A stretch of DNA of 64,000 bases from the human T2T-CHM13v2.0 reference genome, Homo sapiens: assembly GCF_009914755.1 (NCBI RefSeq), contig NC_060931.1; one strand, written 5' to 3'. The notes beneath the pieces are model-generated. The model was given only the letters and a program-made list of their open reading frames with translations, ran no database searches and was not told where the DNA came from. Numbering within the stretch: the first letter of the stretch is position 1; every line of letters starts with the position of its first letter. Positions 54,618 to 64,000 of this stretch are shown one piece after another. The translations under genes were made by a program, and so were the position numbers.

Positions 54618-55414
54618 TTAGGCATTGATAGGTAGAAGAATGTAATACCAAGGACTAATAACCATGAGCCCCACCAGCTGTCATAGCAGAGGGCTTGTAC
54701 CCACGGAGGATCAGTCCAGGCTCCTGGAGAGAAACAATAAGCAACAGTCCCCGTGAACCACAGCATGTGACATGTGACATCACCACGTGTGCAGGCAAAT
54801 CTCTCAGAAGAAACCTCAACTGTGTCTCAGGAAACTCTGGTGGTTGGGTGGGAGGCTGGAGTCTCCTTAAAATAAAGGTCATGACTTTGGGAAAAAGGTG
54901 GATATGGGTGATGACACATTGTCTACATAAGAGGACTGAGCTGTTGGGACCAAGGTGAACCAGTGAAAACACACGTTTGGAGGAGGCTAGAATTTCATAA
55001 CACTTTATGTCCCACATTTCCACCTCTAGCTCTCTGGAGGACAGGCTGGGAAGGTCTCATTGGCCACACTGACTTCCAGTCAAGTATCCCTTTTCTTCTG
55101 GTTTTGATCGGCTCCCTGTCAAGATGAATGAGATTTTTGTTAAACACGGGATTTTGTTGTGACTTGGGATGGGGTTCATCTCAAAAAGGAGAGGAAGAGC
55201 CCATTCAGCGGAAAACCCATTGGAAGATGAGGAGTGGAGAGGAAATACTTGGACGGAGCTCTGCAACACTTGATGGGGACAGGACTCCAGGTTCATGTAA
55301 AAGGAAGACGCCAAGAGAAGCACAACCCTGTAATTCCTGTAATTCCCAGGAAGCCATCACCAGGGGTCACGTCGGGTGTGCTCAAAGTGCGGCACATTCT
55401 ACCAACCCCGTTTG

Positions 55415-55530
55415 CTTTTCCGAGGGGGGTGGGGGTCACTGAATTGATAGACCTTTTCCGAGGTGGGTGGGGGTCACTGAATTGATAGACCTTTTCCGAG
55501 GGGGGTGGGGGTCACTGAATTGATAGACCT
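55415..55530. repeat. 38-bp tandem repeat, 3 near-perfect copies
   Basis: CTTTTCCGAGGKGGGTGGGGGTCACTGAATTGATAGAC starts at 55415, 55453 and 55491. Confidence 0.97.
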
Positions 55531-55566
55531 AAATACCATATTCATCCTGTAGCTTGATTTTCTTTC

Positions 55567-55874
55567 TTTTATTCTTTCTTTTTTTTTTTTTTTGTGAAGA
55601 AGTCTCACTCTGTCATCCAGGCTGGAGTGCAGTGGCACAATCTCAGCTCACTGCATCATCCACTTCTTGGGTAAAGCAATTCTTGTGCCTCAGCCTCCTG
55701 AGTAGCTGGGATTATGGGCACGTGCCACCACACCTGGCTAATTTTTGTATTTTTAGTGGAGACAGGATTTCACCATGTTGGGCAGGCTGGTCTTGAACTT
55801 TTGACCTCAAGTAATCTGCCCACCTGGGCCTCCGAAAGTGCTGAGATTACAGGTGTTAGCCACTATGCCCTGCC
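55567..55874 (-). mobile_element. Alu (AluS-like), antisense, followed by (TTCA)n
   Basis: TSD GATTTTCTTTC at 55556 and 55875. Confidence 0.93.
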
Positions 55875-56059
55875 GATTTTCTTTCATTCACTCATTCATT
55901 CATTCATTCATTCATTCAGTAAGCACTTTGTAGATAAGATGAGAAATATGGATTGGGTAATAGGTCATTAGATGGACTCCCACTCACATCACCCAAGCAG
56001 GGTGGGGATTGAGCTATGCCCAAAGAGTGTGATTTACTTGATCAGCCACCACTTGGAGG

Positions 56060-56900
56060 GTGACCTCAACAAACTCTAGCATGCTGGGCTTCTCCTGGGC
56101 AGTACCGTCTGTGACTTGGAGCAAATGGAGATGGCATCCCTGTCAAATATGCAGGTGTCACAGCTAAGGGGGTAATTCATCGATTCTGCCCCAGAATCAG
56201 AAATCAAAAATAAATTGCTTTGTTAGATTGGTGGTTGGAATCAACACACTGAAATGTAGAAAGGATAAGCCAACATGCTGCACTCGGATACAACAACCAC
56301 TAACGTGGCAGCAGGATGGGGAGACGTGACTTGTCACCAGTTATAACACTTGGGGTTTACACCCAGAGAGAGCTGTGACCGTAACTTAAACTCTCTGTGG
56401 ATGACAGGTTTCCAGATCGAGGTAAATGGCAGCACCATACAACCCTGTACTGGCTAGATGCGCGTCAAGCATCGGCTCCGGGTGCCTGGCCACCAGGGGA
56501 AGCAGGAAAATTCAGGCCCCTCTGAGGAGCAGAGCCAGAGGGGCAGTGCTTCATCTGTCTCATCGTGTGAGCCACACAGAGAGAACCAAGGCATGTGTTC
56601 CTCCTATCATAGTCAAGTCCAGTTAGATATCTTTGTGACATTCAAATAGTGTGACAGCTATATATGTGTACGAAAACAGCTTACGCAGAAGACAGAGGGG
56701 AACCAATGGGCAGAAGTTGCTCAAAGAAAGATTTCAGTTCAGCATAAGGGAAATCCTCCTTATGATGTACACCCTGCACGAGTTGACGTAAGGAGCAGGA
56801 AGGTTGGGTCCAAGAAGTTTTGCTGGTGGCAGTTGACAGGTCGCAGGCTTGGGTGAGGTGACAGGACTCCTGCCCAGCAAGTTGGCACATGCCGTGACCT
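56060..56900 (+). mobile_element. L3/CR1 LINE 3' ORF2 relic
   Basis: GTCAAATATGCAGGTGTCACAGCTAAGGGG is a decayed KFADDTKLGG; downstream CR1-like text AGATTTCAGTTCAGCATAAGGGAAA. Confidence 0.65.
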
Positions 56901-57364
56901 AGGAGGGCCCCTGGGGCACCTTCTCCTCCAGTCTGCATAACTCTATCTGGACATCATCAACGGGCTTTTCATACGCGCCTTGGTGCTATGAAGCTTCACA
57001 CAAGAAGCGTTCGGCACCAACATTCAGGTGATTTTAATTTCATATAACAAAACCATGATGCTGAATGGAGCGTATGTATTCCAGCTTGCGTCCATGCCTT
57101 GGCATGTTCCCAGGTTGCACTAGCCTTCCCGCTGTGTTTCATCTGGCAATTATCACTTATATTTAAAGCTTTGGCCCAGGAACTGTCTCCTCCGTAGGGC
57201 CTCCTTTAAAGAATTCCATGCTGACCTGCACTGTAGCACTATTACACAGAAGTGTAAATGTCTGCTTCCCCTACTACACTATGAGCTCCATTAAGGCAGA
57301 GACATCGAACTTAGATTTGTTACATAAACACAAAGAAAGGACCAGGTTTCATAACAGTAGGCCC

Positions 57365-57600
57365 CCATACATACACATTCACATACATGCGCAAACAGAG
57401 ACAAGTATACATATACATGTATACATACACATCTGCATCTATATATACACATGCACACACATGCATGTGGACACGTATATATACATGGACACAGATAAGT
57501 CTATATACACATATTTAAGTATACATAGATATGTTCTTGTACATGTATATATACACGTACATCTGTACATCCTCACACATACACATATGCATGCAGTTAT
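57365..57600. repeat. (CA/TA)n-type low-complexity alternating purine-pyrimidine tract
   Basis: Directly visible; a similar tract lies at about 57930-58055. Confidence 0.85.
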
Positions 57601-58053
57601 CAGATAAAATCGGCTTCTGTGTAATTGAAAATCTAAAGCCAAAATAATTATTTCAGCAAATTATAATATTTATAAATTGAACTTGTATATTTTGCCATAT
57701 TATTAGTCTGTAATCTTTTATCACAGAATTTTTAGGGAGGAAAGGAAAAGTTTACTAGCCAATGGTAATGTTACTCATAACAGAGAATCAATAGATTGTA
57801 TCCAGAGAAAGAGAGGACTAAGGTTCTATGTAAACGTCTGAATTATGTGTGTATAAACATTAGAGCAAAAGTACAAAAACCTTCCCGATTACTAAAACAT
57901 ATCAAAAAAGAGAGAAAACAGACCAAATAAAGACACACACACTTACATATGTCAAGAAGTGTACATGTAATTATATGTATGTAGAGAAATATATGTAGAT
58001 ATAGCAACTATCTACATATAAATATATGTAGATATAGCAAATATATGTAGCTA

Positions 58054-58437
<384 letters not shown>

Positions 58438-58449
58438 TCATGTCCTAGG

Positions 58450-62330
<3,881 letters not shown>

Positions 62331-62334
62331 TGAA

Positions 62335-63699
62335 TTTGTATGAAACTTCCAAGTCAAAAATCTCTTTTAAGATTTTTAGTAAGAAACTTGAGCTTCATCG
62401 GTGAACATAACATTTTCTACACCGGATTTTATTCTTGTGATGACTTCATTCAAGACTTTTAATGATAACCTCTTCAAATATTTGAAAGCCGCAATTGACA
62501 AGAAAGCTTCTGCCAAAGTAGGAGGTCACAATTGCTGGGAAATTATTTATTGCTTTTTCCTTAGTTGAGAGCAACTTTTTTCTTGACATTAACTAGAATT
62601 CAGATAATTAAGTCTCTTTAAATTATACTATAAGGGTACAGTGTTTCTTTAGGTCGACAGTTCTTCTTTTTATTTCTTTGACAAAAGTAATGAATGGTTT
62701 TGTGATCGTGTAAATGGATTTGGAATCTGATCAAATGTTTTTAATATCAGGTATTTCAAAATAATGGGCATTTCTGTAGACCTACATGGATGCCGCTCTA
62801 CCAGTCTTCATTATTTTTCTTTAGGGCATAAACACTGACTTCTTTAGGATTACAAAACTGATTACATCTCACAGTTTTTAACACCGTAACATAGTTGAAA
62901 TTTTGCTTTGAATCCATACATTTTACACGTACACGTTAGTATATGCCATGGTCTAAATATTAGTGTCCCTCCAAAATGTGTGTGAAAATTGTAACCCCCA
63001 GGAGATGGTGTTAGGAGATGGTGCCTTTGAGGGGATTAGATTGTGAGGGCTGGTTGGGATTAGCACCCTTATGAAAGAGACCTCTGAGAGCTAGCTAGTC
63101 CCTTCTGTCATATGAGATTACAGTTAGAAGGCACCATCTCTAAGAAAACAGGCCCTCACCAGACACTGAATCTGCCTCAGTCTTGGCCATCCCAGCTTGC
63201 AGAACTGTGAGAAATAAATGTTTGTTGTTTATGTGCTACACAGTCTATGATATTTTTGTTATAGCAGCCTGAACTAAGTTGGTATACTTTTCACAGGTTC
63301 TTGCAGCTGTCTATTGCATTCACTCAGGTGCCCAAAGACGTCATTTAAGAGGCCGTTTTTGATACCAATATCCTCTGCTTTAACCAATCTTCAAAGTGAG
63401 ACCCCTTCACCAAAAGTAATAACAATGATGATGATAACGATGCATTGTTCATAGATTCTTGCAAAACTCTTTGGACAGCCAATGCTTGTCAATTTGAAAT
63501 TGCAATAGGAAATTTAAACGTTTCTGCTTTTGAATAATATTGTTTGAAGATGCATGGATGACAGGTCAGATGACCAAAGACGAACTTCATCTAGAAGATC
63601 ATTAAATCGAACAAGCTTCGACTGCACACTGGGAGAACTGATGTTAGTAACAACACTTGATGTGTAGCGTGAGTCTGAATCTCTCAAAAGAAATTCTTG
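62335..63699 (-). mobile_element. hAT-Charlie (Buster-type) transposase fossil, C-terminal half
   Basis: My minus-strand translation across frameshifts gives HWLSK..ARIYE, LNDVFGHLSECNRQLQEPVKSILTCTCKMYGFKAKFQL, FDQIPNPF, EKAINNFPAIVTSY..EAF..KYLKRL and terminal EAQVSY* (stop at 62376-62378). These follow the order of Charlie/ZBED5-type motifs RWLSxG, LADIFxxLNxLNxxLQG, WIRNPF, TxYLCExxFS and QAHxSH*. Confidence 0.75.
62944..63281 (+). mobile_element. MLT1A/MST-type MaLR solo LTR inserted in the Charlie fossil
   Basis: TGCCATGGTCTAAAT...AGAACTGTGAGAAATAAATG...TATAGCAGCCTGAACTAAG; exact 5-bp TSD GTATA (62939-62943 and 63282-63286). Confidence 0.9.
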
Positions 63700-64000
63700 G
63701 GCTAGGCATGGTGGCTCATTACCTGTAATCCCAATACTTTGGGAGGATGAGGTGGGGGGATCAGTGGAAGCCAGGGGCTTGAGACCAGCTTGGGCCGCAT
63801 AGTGAGACCCATCTCTACAAAAAATGCAAAAAATTAGCTGATTGTGATGACTCATCTGTAATTGCAGCTACTCGGGAGGCTGAGTTGGGAGGATCGCCTG
63901 AGCCTGGGAGGTTGAGGTTGCTGCAGTGGGCCATGATTGAAACATTGCATCCCAGCTTGGGCGACAGTGCAAGACCACATCTCAAAAATAAAAATAAAAT
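63700..64000 (+). mobile_element. AluJ, tail runs to the window edge
   Basis: GGAGGATCGCCTGAGCCTGGGAGGTTGAGG and CATAGTGAGACCC are AluJ-type segments. Confidence 0.9.

Noticed and set aside
62335-63699. Endogenous bornavirus-like element or processed pseudogene
   Set aside because: Short resemblances to viral G/L motifs were inconsistent in strand, frame and spacing, whereas hAT-Charlie motifs occur in the right order through to the stop codon.

Overview
This is primate (human-like) genomic DNA from inside the SDK1 gene (sidekick cell adhesion molecule 1), + strand. Four coding exons splice in frame and encode two consecutive fibronectin type III domains: 13546-13682, 37329-37476, 38458-38598 and 43535-43716. 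The first exon is absent from the ORF track, and the third ends in a non-canonical GC donor. The rest is intron. It holds a >=3.8 kb 51-bp VNTR running off the left edge, a full-length Tigger1 interrupted by an AluY, about 15 Alu elements, solo LTRs (THE1, MER52, LTR10, MLT1), L1/L2/L3 relics, a fossil hAT-Charlie transposase and several small tandem repeats. Nearly all ORFs in the track are spurious. I found no convincing novel multi-gene system. The most interesting signals are the VNTR's internal architecture, the GC-AG intron, a 23-bp templated copy inside the MER52 LTR, and Alu geometry plus exon phases that would permit a stop-free circRNA. Gene and repeat names come from recalled sequences, not from database searches.
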